Source: Eledone cirrhosa (lineage: Eukaryota). From it: a stretch of 64,000 nucleotides of DNA. Location of the stretch: contig OZ024752.1 of assembly GCA_964016885.1 (NCBI GenBank), positions 5,704,001 to 5,768,000 on the forward strand, given 5' to 3'. Shown piece by piece: positions 41,720-53,600 of this stretch. Positions within the stretch are counted from its first letter, which is position 1. Each line of letters opens with the position of its first letter. The notes under the pieces were generated by a model, which saw only the letters and a list, made by a program, of their open reading frames with translations, was not told the origin of the DNA and made no database searches. A program made the position numbers and the translations under genes.

Positions 41720-42288
41720 CTGTGAAGGGATTTAATTAAACTAATTGAAGAAATCATGGGACAAATAACGAACAATCACTCGTCACATGGTTAAAGAAGA
41801 TTTATATGACTGGAAAGATAAGAAGTGGATCATTAGATCAGATAAAATGAAACCATTGGTCTTTCCATTGATGACATTATCTGCTGGTTACAAGTCCTGG
41901 CAGAAGAAAGGAGCTGATCAACAGATCAGATCAAGAAAACAATATTTCCATTGGTCTCTCTGTTACTGATTCTATTTGTCAGTCACAACTCCTGGCAGAA
42001 GGAGGTGGAATTTGAACTCAGAACACACAGAACCAGATTAGATACAGCAAAGTATTGCATCTAATTCTTTATCAATTTTACTGACCCCCCCCCCCCCGTC
42101 CCCGGTCAGGTACCTTATTGAAAGCAATGCTGATCCCATGGTAGGACCCCAGCTCCCCAGTCAGGTACCTTATTCAAAGTAATGCTGACCCCAGGGTAGG
42201 ATTTCAACTCAAGAATGCAACAAGCCAGAATAAGTACCAAGATATTTTATGACTAAAACAAAAAATGAAAACTGATGGGTTCTCATCT

Positions 42289-42490
42289 ACACACATACCC
42301 CCTCCCCAAACACACATAACCCCTTCCCTACACACATACCCCCTCCCTTACACACATACCCCCTCCCTTACACACATACCCCCTCCCCTACACACATACC
42401 CCCTCCCCTACACACAGACACCCTCCCCTACACACAGACACCCTCCCCTACACTCAGACCGCCTCCCCACACACATACCCCCTCCCTCCA
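42289..42490. repeat. C-rich minisatellite, 20-bp unit (cacacataccccctccccta)
   Basis: Direct reading; G-runs on the minus (transcribed) strand. Confidence 0.9.
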
Positions 42491-43555
42491 CATCTCCACC
42501 GACACTTATCTCCCCTAAATGTGTCATGTTTTAGAACCTCAACTCCTGGTGGAGTCGTAGGGTTTGTTTCAGGACATTTAAAACATGGTGGAGCCCGTCC
42601 CTCTCCATGTCTGATTTCTTCCAGCGAGAAAGATAGAGAGTGGGGGCTGACAGAGGGGGGAAGAGAGAGAGAGTGGGGGTGACAGAGAGGGGATGACAGA
42701 GAGAGGGAGAGAGATACGGGGGAGAAAAACAGAGACAGCAGAAGCGAAAAAACTGAGAATGAAAAAAAGTAGAGCCAGACTTATTTTACTTTAGTCCCTT
42801 TGTTCTATCATACAAAACTGTTTATTCTAAAGTGTTTATATTTATCTAAAAACCTTCCATCATAATTTTATGGAAGAACCTTTGTTAAGTTATGTTCTAA
42901 ACACCAGCTTATCAATGACAAAGTTAGTAATATTACTAAATACCTTGATTATTTCTAAAATAATTTGAACACTATAAGTAGTGTCTTTCATTGAAAATAT
43001 AGTAACACAGAAGAAAATATTATATAGAAACCAAGATGGCTTCCTGTGTGGAGCATCAGGAAGACGACAGTGTAACTGTAAAATATTTCAAACAAATATT
43101 GTTCATTTCAGAACTAATCAGTTAAAGTGGTAAAATATGGTATATTCTTAATTTTTGTAGTTGTAATATTTGGGTTTACTCTAATACTAATATAATTTTA
43201 AAAAAACCGGTTAGAATTTCAATATTCCCATAGTGAAGTCATGAAAAATTTAATGAATAAATGAAATTAGAAATGTTAAAAGATAAGATATTAGATATCT
43301 GGGACTAAAGGATGCAATACCAAGAATTATAAGAATATAAGAATTGTGTCTTCTCAAATAAAAAACCTGTTTTAAAAGAAATAATTTTGAAAAAGATCAT
43401 ATTTAATTAAGAAAAAAAAAATATTGGTAGAAAATTTTCATGAAAAAGAAATGTTAAAAACAATTTCATATTTGAAACTAAAGTCAAAAAGAAGATATAA
43501 AAAAATACATTAACAAGATCCCCCTCCCCCAAATTATGACATTGGTTTGCTTTTG

Positions 43556-43718
43556 AAAATATGTTTGCTCTTTTGGAAAGCTATCGCGATGCAGTGTATG
43601 ATGTTATATCGATGACTCAAGTCCCACAGGTACCCAGGGGTACTTCACTCGCCTTATCCAACTATTATCTATAGTTTAATCTGCATTGTGGCAACTTTCC
43701 AAAAGGCAAACATATTTT
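43556..43718. repeat. Inverted repeat (~38-bp arms), 80 nt from the exon donor
   Basis: aaaatatgtttgctcttttggaaagctatcgcgatgcag pairs with ctgcattgtggcaactttccaaaaggcaaacatatttt. Confidence 0.8.
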
Positions 43719-43797
43719 TATAATGGAATATAATTTCATATAGAAACTAAAATTTAATTTATTTTAACGAGATTTAAATAATTCTTAAAAGACAAAC

Positions 43798-43908
43798 CTT
43801 TCTGAATTCCTCCACTAATGACTGTCTACTCTTCTCAAGAGATTCCACATTTACTTTCACTTGTTGTATCATCTCTCGTTGTTGGCAGTCAATCTGGTGA
43901 AGACGGTT
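43798..43908 (-). CDS. PHLDB: PHLDB-family internal coding exon: NRLHQIDCQQREMIQQVKVNVESLEKSRQSLVEEFRK
   Basis: 111 nt, acceptor TTTTGTTTTGTTTAG, donor AAG|GTTTGT, phase 0/0. Heptad-like sequence continues the previous exon. Confidence 0.88.
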
Positions 43909-43963
43909 CTAAACAAAACAAAATACAGGGTTAACGAAACAGAAATAAAATTTATAACTCATA

Positions 43964-46948
43964 CCTATGGAGGTTCTATGGAGGATAAGTTGGCCTCCTA
44001 TGGAGGTTAAGTTAGCCTCCTATGGAGGTTAAGTTAGCCTCCTATGGAGGTTAAGTTAGCCTCCTACGGAGGTTAAGTTAGCCTCCTATGGAGGTTAAAT
44101 TAGCCTCCTACGGAGGTTAAGTTAGCCTCCTACGGAGGATAAGTTAGCCTTCTGTGGAGGATAAGTTAGCCTTCTGTGGAGGATAAGTTAGCCTTCTGTG
44201 GAGGATAAGTTAGCCTTCTGTGGAGGATAAGTTAGCCTTCTGTGGAGGATAAGTTAGCCTTCTGTGGAGGATAAGTTAGCCTTCTGTGGAGGATAAGTTA
44301 GCCTTCTGTGGAGGATAAGTTGCCTTCTATGGAGGATAAGTTAGCCTTCTATGGAGGATAAGTTAGCCTTCTGTGGAGGATAAGTTAGCCTTCTGTGGAG
44401 GATAAGTTAGCCTTCTGTGGAGGATAAGTTAGCCTTCTGTGGAGGATAAGTTAGCCTTCTGTGGAGGATAAGTTAGCCTTCTGTGGAGGATAAGTTAGCC
44501 TTCTATGGAGGATAAGTTAGCCTCCTATGGAGAATTAGCCTTCTATGGAGGATAAGTTAGCCTTCTATGGAGGATAAGTTAGCCTTCTGTGGAGGATAAG
44601 TTAGCCTTCTGTGGAGGATAAGTTAGCCTTCTGTGGAGGATAAGTTAGCCTTCTGTGGAGGATAAGTTAGCCTTCTGTGGAGGATAAGTTAGCCTTCTGT
44701 GGAGGATAAGTTAGCCTTCTGTGGAGGATAAGTTAGCCTTCTGTGGAGGATAAGTTAGCCTTCTATGGAGGATAAGTTAGCCTCCTATGGAGAATTAGCC
44801 TTCTATGGAGGATAAGTTAGCCTTCTATGGAGGATAAGTTAGCCTTCTGTGGAGGATAAGTTAGCCTTCTGTGGAGGATAAGTTAGCCTTCTGTGGAGGA
44901 TAAGTTAGCCTTCTGTGGAGGATAAGTTAGCCTTCTGTGGAGGATAAGTTAGCCTTCTGTGGAGGATAAGTTAGCCTTCTGTGGAGGATAAGTTAGCCTT
45001 CTGTGGAGGATAAGTTAGCCTTCTGTGGAGGATAAGTTAGCCTTCTATGGAGGATAAGTTAGCCTCCTATGGAGAATTAGACTTCTATGGAGGATAAGTT
45101 AGCCTTCTGTGGAGGATAAGTTAGCCTTCTGTGGAGGATAAGTTAGCCTTCTGTGGAGGATAAGTTAGCCTTCTGTGGAGGATAAGTTAGCCTTCTGTGG
45201 AGGATAAGTTAGCCTTCTGTGGAGGATAAGTTAGCCTTCTGTGGAGGATAAGTTAGCCTTCTGTGGAGGATAAGTTAGCCTTCTGTGGAGGATAAGTTAG
45301 CCTTCTGTGGAGGATAAGTTAGCCTTCTGTGGAGGATAAGTTAGCCTTCTATGGAGGATAAGTTAGCCTCCTATGGAGAATTAGCCTTCTATGGAGGATA
45401 AGTTAGCCTTCTATGGAGGATAAGTTAGCCTTCTGTGGAGGATAAGTTAGCCTTCTGTGGAGGATAAGTTAGCCTTCTGTGGAGGATAAGTTAGCCTTCT
45501 GTGGAGGATAAGTTAGCCTTCTGTGGAGGATAAGTTAGCCTTCTGTGGAGGATAAGTTAGCCTCCTATGGAGAATTAGCCTTCTATGGAGGATAAGTTAG
45601 CCTTCTATGGAGGATAAGTTAGCCTTCTGTGGAGGATAAGTTAGCCTTCTGTGGAGGATAAGTTAGCCTTCTGTGGAGGATAAGTTAGCCTTCTGTGGAG
45701 GATAAGTTAGCCTTCTGTGGAGGATAAGTTAGCCTTCTGTGGAGGATAAGTTAGCCTTCTGTGGAGGATAAGTTAGCCTTCTATGGAGGATAAGTTAGCC
45801 TCCTATGGAGAATTAGCCTTCTATGGAGGATAAGTTAGCCTTCTATGGAGGATAAGTTAGCCTTCTGTGGAGGATAAGTTAGCCTTCTGTGGAGGATAAG
45901 TTAGCCTTCTGTGGAGGATAAGTTAGCCTTCTGTGGAGGATAAGTTAGCCTTCTGTGGAGGATAAGTTAGCCTTCTGTGGAGGATAAGTTAGCCTTCTGT
46001 GGAGGATAAGTTAGCCTTCTGTGGAGGATAAGTTAGCCTTCTGTGGAGGATAAGTTAGCCTTCTGTGGAGGATAAGTTAGCCTTCTGTGGAGGATAAGTT
46101 AGCCTTCTATGGAGGATAAGTTAGCCTCCTATGGAGAATTAGCCTTCTATGGAGGATAAGTTAGCCTTCTATGGAGGATAAGTTAGCCTTCTGTGGAGGA
46201 TAAGTTAGCCTTCTGTGGAGGATAAGTTAGCCTTCTGTGGAGGATAAGTTAGCCTTCTGTGGAGGATAAGTTAGCCTTCTGTGGAGGATAAGTTAGCCTT
46301 CTGTGGAGGATAAGTTAGCCTTCTGTGGAGGATAAGTTAGCCTTCTGTGGAGGATAAGTTAGCCTTCTGTGGAGGATAAGTTAGCCTTCTATGGAGGATA
46401 AGTTAGCCTCCTATGGAGAATTAGCCTTCTATGGAGGATAAGTTAGCCTTCTATGGAGGATAAGTTAGCCTTCTATGGAGGATAAGTTAGCCTTCTGTGG
46501 AGGATAAGTTAGCCTCCTATGGAGAATTAGCCTTCTATGGAGGATAAGTTAGCCTCCTATGGAGAATTAGCCTTCTATGGAGGATAAGTTAGCCTTCTAT
46601 GGAGGATAAGTTAGCCTTCTGTGGAGGATAAGTTAGCCTCCTATGGAGAATTAGCCTTCTATGGAGGATAAGTTAGCCTCCTATGGAGAATTAGCCTTCT
46701 ATGGAGGATAAGTTAGCCTTCTATGGAGGATAAGTTAGCCTTCTATGGAGGATAAGTTAGCCTCCTATGGAGAATTAGCCTTCTATGGAGGATAAGTTAG
46801 CCTTCTATGGAGGATAAGTTAGCCTTCTGTGGAGGATAAGTTAGCCTTCTGTGGAGGATAAGTTAGCCTTCTGTGGAGGATAAGTTAGCCTTCTGTGGAG
46901 GATAAGTTAGCCTTCTGTGGAGGATAAGTTAGTCTCCTATAGAGGATA
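43964..46948. repeat. Minisatellite, 22-bp quasi-palindromic unit (ggaggataagttagccttctgt), ~135 copies with a recurring 18-bp deletion variant
   Basis: Direct reading; the variant cctcctatggagaattag recurs at irregular intervals. Confidence 0.98.
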
Positions 46949-46969
46949 AAAACCAATGACCAGCTAATA

Positions 46970-47560
46970 GTTGCTGTTGTTGTTGTTATTGCTGCTGTTA
47001 TTGCTGTTGTTGTTACTGTTGTTGCTGTTATTGTTATTGCTGCTGTTGTTATTATTGCTCAAACAGCTGTTGTTGTTACTGTTGTAATAGTTGTTGTTAC
47101 TGTTATTGTTGTAATAGTTGTTGTTGTAGTAGTAGTTGTTACTGTTATTGTTGTTGTAGTAGTAGTTGTTGTTGTTACTGTTATTGTTGTAATAGCAGAT
47201 GTCAATCTAAGTTAAGTATGTTTACTGTTTATACAGAATTGGAACTACTGACCATGTTGACAAACAGACAGACATTTCCAGATGCTCTTTGTCTCTCTCT
47301 CTATATATCTTTCTCTCTCTCTCTCTTTTTCTATATCTTTGTCTCTCGCTTTCTCCCTCCCTCTATATCTTTGTCTCTCTCTCTATATATATTTTTGTCT
47401 CTCTCTCTATATATATATCTTTGTCTCTCTCTATGTCTTTGTCTCTCTCTATATCTTTGTCTCTCTCTCTCTCTATCATTGTCTTTCTCTCCCTCTATAT
47501 CTTTGTCTCTCTCTTTCTCTATGTCTGTCTCTCTCTCTCTCTATCTATCTCTCCTTCTCT
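46970..47560. repeat. Low-complexity (TTG)n and (CT)n/(TA)n tracts
   Basis: Direct reading. Confidence 0.9.
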
Positions 47561-47819
47561 AGAATTGCTATTTCTGCTTGAAGAGTTTCAATGTTTGTTT
47601 ATTTAGTTATTTATTTACAGCTCATATTGATTCAGAGATTGTCCTATTTTACAGTATTGTGCATCTATCTGTAGAAACCATGACAAAAATATGGAAAGTA
47701 TGAGCAAGATGTTCTCAAAAATGTCTAGCCTTCGATGATAACCCCTTCAACCGAGGCCAGCATGGACGTATGATAATGACTTGCACAATTCTCTCCCTTC
47801 AGTCATATTACTAATATAG

Positions 47820-48050
47820 TTTAACGTCCATTTTTCCACTCTAGCATGGGTTAGACAGGTCAGGTGACCCTGTCTTGCTCATACAGATCTGCATTTTGGC
47901 TTACTTTCTACAACTGGATGCCCTTCCTAACGGCAACCATGTTACAGTGTGGATTGGATGCTTTTTAGAGTGGCATCAAAACGACCACCTAACAGGGTGG
48001 ACTGGGTACTTTTTGTTGTGTCACCAACACAACCACACTACAAGGTGGAC
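47820..48050 (-). mobile_element. Diverged SINE-like family 3 relative
   Basis: ttaacgtccatttttccactctagcatgggttagac...caactggatgcccttcctaac matches the family tail and body in reverse. Confidence 0.6.
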
Positions 48051-48261
48051 TAATATATATATATATATATATATTCATCACACCCTTGTTGAGTAGAATA
48101 TATTTTACTGTGAAGGTATAATAGGACTGAAACATGCCTGCTACTTGGTTGACTTGAGAAAACCACATGGTTGTGAAGTGAACTTCTTAACTCCCCACCC
48201 ACGTTGGTACCATGCTTCTTTTAAATTTGAATGATTAAAAAAGATAAAAGACTCAACTTAC

Positions 48262-48354
48262 CTCTCGAGATTTGTATTTATCTAGTAAAGTATTTTGATT
48301 TTTTAAGATTTCTCCTCGGACTAACTCCTTTTCTTGTTCAAATTTTGATTCAGA
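48262..48354 (-). CDS. PHLDB: PHLDB/LL5-family protein, internal coding exon (coiled coil): SESKFEQEKELVRGEILKNQNTLLDKYKSRE
   Basis: 93 nt, acceptor TTCTTGTTTTAG, donor GAG|GTAAGT, phase 0/0, open frame. Joined to the next exons, it aligns in register with the vertebrate PHLDB1/2 coiled coil as I recall it (ESRLEEERE...KERL...EKEKL..LERRY). No database search was run. Confidence 0.85.
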
Positions 48355-49022
48355 CTAAAACAAGAATGAAATAGTAACACATCAGTAACACATCATCAAA
48401 ATAGTAACACTACATACATACAATCATCATCATCACCATCATCATCAACATCATCATCTATTGGCAATAAAAAGAAACACACACGCTATATGGTGTACGA
48501 TTTTTTTTTTTATTGGTAATAAGACCATCCCTAACCCTAACCCAATATCAGTTTCAACACATGGTTTCACATCAAGAATCTTGCAGAACAAATACAAAAA
48601 TGTATATATGTATAGAGAGAGAAATTTGTATTGGTGCTCTGAAATATTTTGAAGGCAATTTGCTATGAATTTTAACGTATATTAAATATACAATACATAC
48701 ATTCATATATACATCACTATTTCAGAGCACTATTACAAATTTCTAATTTATGCTGGGCTGGCAACCGTTCTGTATGCAAATGAGTTTCAACATCTCATAA
48801 ACATAACTGGAATTCAGTTTCTACAGCTTTCGGCAAAAGCAAAGAGGTATGTAGTCTTGACAAACACTTACAAGTGAGAAACGGTCACCATCGATTACTC
48901 CCCTTTGCTTTTGCTGAGTCTAAGTATGTGACATTAGTCACTACCTTAAAATTTATAGTGAATGGCCTTCAAAATGTTTTAAAATAAACATACAGTATAT
49001 TATTAAATATACAATACATACA

Positions 49023-49067
<45 letters not shown>

Positions 49068-49431
49068 TCATCATCATCATTTAACAGCCACTTTCCCGGT
49101 TAGCAAGGGTACACATGGACAGAATCATGTAGTAGATATTTATTTAGTAGGATTTGATTTGGTGTAAAACTTGATTGAGGAGTTAGGAAATTATTCAATT
49201 AGGGCTCTGATGCTTGATTGAGGGATAAGTGCTGGGGTCGGGGGTAAGATATGAGTGGAAGGGTGTATTTGATAGAGGTAATAATAATGTTGATGCCATG
49301 ATGTAATGCACCCAGTACACCCTGTAAAGTGTTATTGTTGATGCCATGGTAAAATGCACCCAGTACACCCTGTAAAGTGTTAGTGTTGGAGCCATGATAA
49401 AATGCAGTCATTATATTCGATAAAGTGGTCG

Positions 49432-50393
49432 TCATCATCATCAACGTTTAACGTCCGTGTTCCATGCTTGCATGGGTTTGGACGGGGGTAGTCCCACTTG
49501 AGGCAAGAGTGATTGTCTTGCTCGCATAGGACTGTCTGGCAGGTTTTCTACAGTTGGATGCCCTTCCTAACACCAACCACATTTACAGTGTGGGTCTGGG
49601 AGGTTTTTACCGTGTTGCCTACACGGCCACATTACAGCGTGGACTGTGTGTTTTTTTGTCGTGACACCTACACGATCTCATTTGTTTCGGCCTGGATGGC
49701 GCGGCACCAACATAACTTTACATAGAACGGGGTGGTGTGGATGAGGTGGGGGTGGTGGTGGTGGTGGGACGGGGTGTATTTTGTTAGAGATGCCTACTGG
49801 CAAGGCGGGTCTTCTCTGTTACTGAGTACCGCCAAAGGTCTCGGTCCAGTGACATTGTCTTGGAGAGGTGTAAGTGTGTGAGGTCGGAGTTTATCAGCTC
49901 GTCTCAGGTTTTTCTAGGTCTGCCTATTCCGTGGCTACCGTCTATCTTTATTGCCCTGCACGTTGTTATACAGCTATCGACTTTCATGCGCATCACGTGT
50001 CCATACCAACGTAGCCTTCTCTCGAGTAAACAACATCTGATCCCTCTTATCTCTAATTTTTTCCTTAGTTCGTTTATGCTTTGCCGTTCACGTATATTAC
50101 TGTTACACATCCAGCGGAGCATGCAAGCTTCGTTCCTCTCTAGTCTGCGTATATCCTCTGCACACAATGCCCAGGTCTCACTGCCATGCAACATTGCTGT
50201 TCGTATGCAGGCATCGTACAACCTGCCTTTCATTTTTAGGGAGAACCCTTTAGCAGTTAATAGTGGTATAAGCTCTTTGAACTTTTTCCAACCAGTTCTG
50301 ACTCTAGCTACTGTACTTGTGTCAGGTCGTCTGCGTATAGGAGTTCCCATGGGCAGCCGGACTTGAACTCCTCTGTTATAGCCTGAAGGGCAA
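49432..50393 (-). mobile_element. Second RTE subfamily A + C-rich linker + SINE-like family 3 composite, with internal deletion
   Basis: The reverse complement matches ~31427-31501 joined directly to ~31917-32835. Confidence 0.92.
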
Positions 50394-50394
50394 G

Positions 50395-50592
50395 AAAAAT
50401 CACCCCGAACATTGTGTAAGGTGGCTGTCATAAGGAAGGACATCCACCAATAGAAACCATGCTGACTATGAAATGGAATGGTGAAGACTGGTTCTCCAAC
50501 CTCTCTGGTCTTAGCCAGTGACAACCTGTCTGACCCATGTCAGCATGGAACATACATATAAAATAATGACGACGACGATGATGATGATGATG
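50395..50592 (+). mobile_element. Diverged SINE-like element with RTE-like tail
   Basis: aggaaggacatcca..tagaaacc...acccatgtcagcatggaac...gacgacgatgatgat. Confidence 0.55.
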
Positions 50593-50694
50593 TACATTTG
50601 GTTCCATAGTGAATAAATACAGTTGAAATATGTGACGACATAAACTGGAATCTCCCTCACTGAATATGATGAATAATAGAATATGAATGGTGGC

Positions 50695-53600
50695 AGAGTG
50701 TCAAGGGAATCAATGCAAGTAGTGTGACATATTGACTGACAGAGTGTCAAGGGAATCAATGCAAGTAGTGTGACATATTGACTGACAGAGTGTCAAGGGA
50801 ATCAATGCAAGTAGTGTGACATATTGACTGACAGAGAGTCAAGGGAATCAATGCAAGTAGTGTGACATATTGACTGACAGAGTGTCAAGGGAATCAATGC
50901 AAGTAGTGTGACATATTGACTGACAGAGTGTCAAGGGAATCAATGCAAGTAGTGTGACATATTGACTGACAGAGTGTCAAGGGAATCAATGCAAGTAGTG
51001 TGACATATTGACTGACAAAGAGTCAAGGGAATCAATGCAAGTAGTGTGACATATTGACTGACAAAGAGTCAAGGGAATCAATGCAAGTAGTGTGACATAT
51101 TGACTGACAGAGTGTCAAGGGAATCAATGCAAGTAGTGTGACATATTGACTGACAGAGTGTCAAGGGAATCAATGCAAGTAGTGTGACATATTGACTGAC
51201 AGAGTGTCAAGGGAATCAATGCAAGTAGTGTGACATATTGACTGACAGAGAGTCAAGGGAATCAATGCAAGTAGTGTGACATATTGACTGACAAAGAGTC
51301 AAGGGAATCAATGCAAGTAGTGTGACATATTGACTGACAGAGTGTCAAGGGAATCAATGCAAGTAGTGTGACATATTGACTGACAAAGAGTCAAGGGAAT
51401 CAATGCAAGTAGTGTGACATATTGACTGACAGAGTGTCAAGGGAATCAATGCAAGTAGTGTGACATATTGACTGACATAGAGTCAAGGGAATCAATGCAA
51501 GTAGTGTGACATATTGACTGACAGAGTGTCAAGGGAATCAATGCAAGTAGTGTGACATATTGACTGACAGAGTGTCAAGGGAATCAATGCAAGTAGTGTG
51601 ACATATTGACTGACAGAGAGTCAAGGGAATCAATGCAAGTAGTGTGACATATTGACTGACAAAGAGTCAAGGGAATCAATGCAAGTAGTGTGACATATTG
51701 ACTGACAGAGTGTCAAGGGAATCAATGCAAGTAGTGTGACATATTGACTGACAGAGAGTCAAGGGAATCAATGCAAGTAGTGTGACATATTGACTGACAG
51801 AGAGTCAAGGGAATCAATGCAAGTAGTGTGACATATTGACTGACATAGAGTCAAGGGAATCAATGCAAGTAGTGTGACATATTGACTGACATAGAGTCAA
51901 GGGAATCAATGCAAGTAGTGTGACATATTGATTGACAGAGAGTCAAGGGAATCAATGCAAGTAGTGTGACATATTGACTGACAGAGTGTCAAGGGAATCA
52001 ATGCAAGTAGTGTGACATATTGACTGACAGAGTGTCAAGGGAATCAATGCAAGTAGTGTGACATATTGACTGACAGAGAGTCAAGGGAATCAATGCAAGT
52101 AGTGTGACATATTGACTGACAGAGTGTCAAGGGAATCAATGCAAGTAGTGTGACATATTGACTGACAGAGAGTCAAGGGAATCAATGCAAGTAGTGTGAC
52201 ATATTGACTGACAGAGAGTCAAGGGAATCAATGCAAGTAGTGTGACATATTGACTGACAGAGTGTCAAGGGAATCAATGCAAGTAGTGTGACATATTGAC
52301 TGACAGAGAGTCAAGGGAATCAATGCAAGTAGTGTGACATATTGACTGACATAGAGTCAAGGGAATCAATGCAAGTAGTGTGACATATTGACTGACAGAG
52401 TGTCAAGGGAATCAATGCAAGTAGTGTGACATATTGACTGACAGAGAGTCAAGGGAATCAATGCAAGTAGTGTGACATATTGACTGACAGAGTGTCAAGG
52501 GAATCAATGCAAGTAGTGTGACATATTGACTGACAGAGAGTCAAGGGAATCAATGCAAGTAGTGTGACATATTGACTGACAGAGAGTCAAGGGAATCAAT
52601 GCAAGTAGTGTGACATATTGACTGACAGAGAGTCAAGGGAATCAATGCAAGTAGTGTGACATATTGACTGACAGAGTGTCAAGGGAATCAATGCAATTAG
52701 TGTGACATATTGACTGACAGAAAGTCAAGGGAATCAATGCAAGTAGTGTGACATATTGACTGACAAAGTGTCAAGGGAATCAATGCAAGTAGTGTGACAT
52801 ATTGACGGACAAAGTGTCAAGGGAATCAATGCAAGTAGTGTGACATATTGACTGACAGAGAGTCAAGGGAATCAATGCAAGTAGTGTGACATATTGACTG
52901 ACAGAGTGTCAAGGGAATCAATGCAAGTAGTGTGACATATTGACTGACAGAGAGTCAAGGGAATCAATGCAAGTAGTGTGACATATTGACGGACAAAGAG
53001 TCAAGGGAATCAATGCAAGTAGTGTGACATATTGACTGACAGAGAGTCAAGGGAATCAATGCAAGTAGTGTGACATATTGACGGACAAAGTGTCAAGGGA
53101 ATCAATGCAAGTAGTGTGACATATTGACTGACATAGAGTCAAGGGAATCAATGCAAGTAGTGTGACATATTAACGGACATAGAGTCAAGGGAATCAATGC
53201 AAGTAGTGTGACATATTGACTGACAGAGAGTCAAGGGAATCAATGCAAGTAGTATGACATATTGACTGACAGAGAGTCAAGGGAATCAATGCAAGTAGTG
53301 TGACATATTGACGGACAAAGAGTCAAGGGAATCAATGCAAGTAGTGTGACATATTGACTGACAGAGAGTCAAGGGAATCAATGCAAGTAGTGTGACATAT
53401 TGACGGACAAAGTGTCAAGGGAATCAATGCAAGTAGTGTGACATATTGACTGACAGAGAGTCAAGGGAATCAATGCAAGTAGTGTGACATATTGACTGAC
53501 ATAGAGTCAAGGGAATCAATGCAAGTAGTGTGACATATTAACGGACATAGAGTCAAGGGAATCAATGCAAGTAGTGTGACATATTGATTGACAGAGTGTC

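Noticed and set aside
42538-42620. Possible extra exon or alternative first exon (MERDGLHHVLNVLKQTLRLHQEL, or EEIRHGEGRAPPCFKCPETNPTTPPGVE in another frame)
   Set aside because: Weak donor (GTTCTA), and no acceptor/donor pair fits the phase-0 neighbours; needs RNA data.
48528-48545. Telomere-like ccctaaccctaaccc
   Set aside because: Only about two units; expected by chance.
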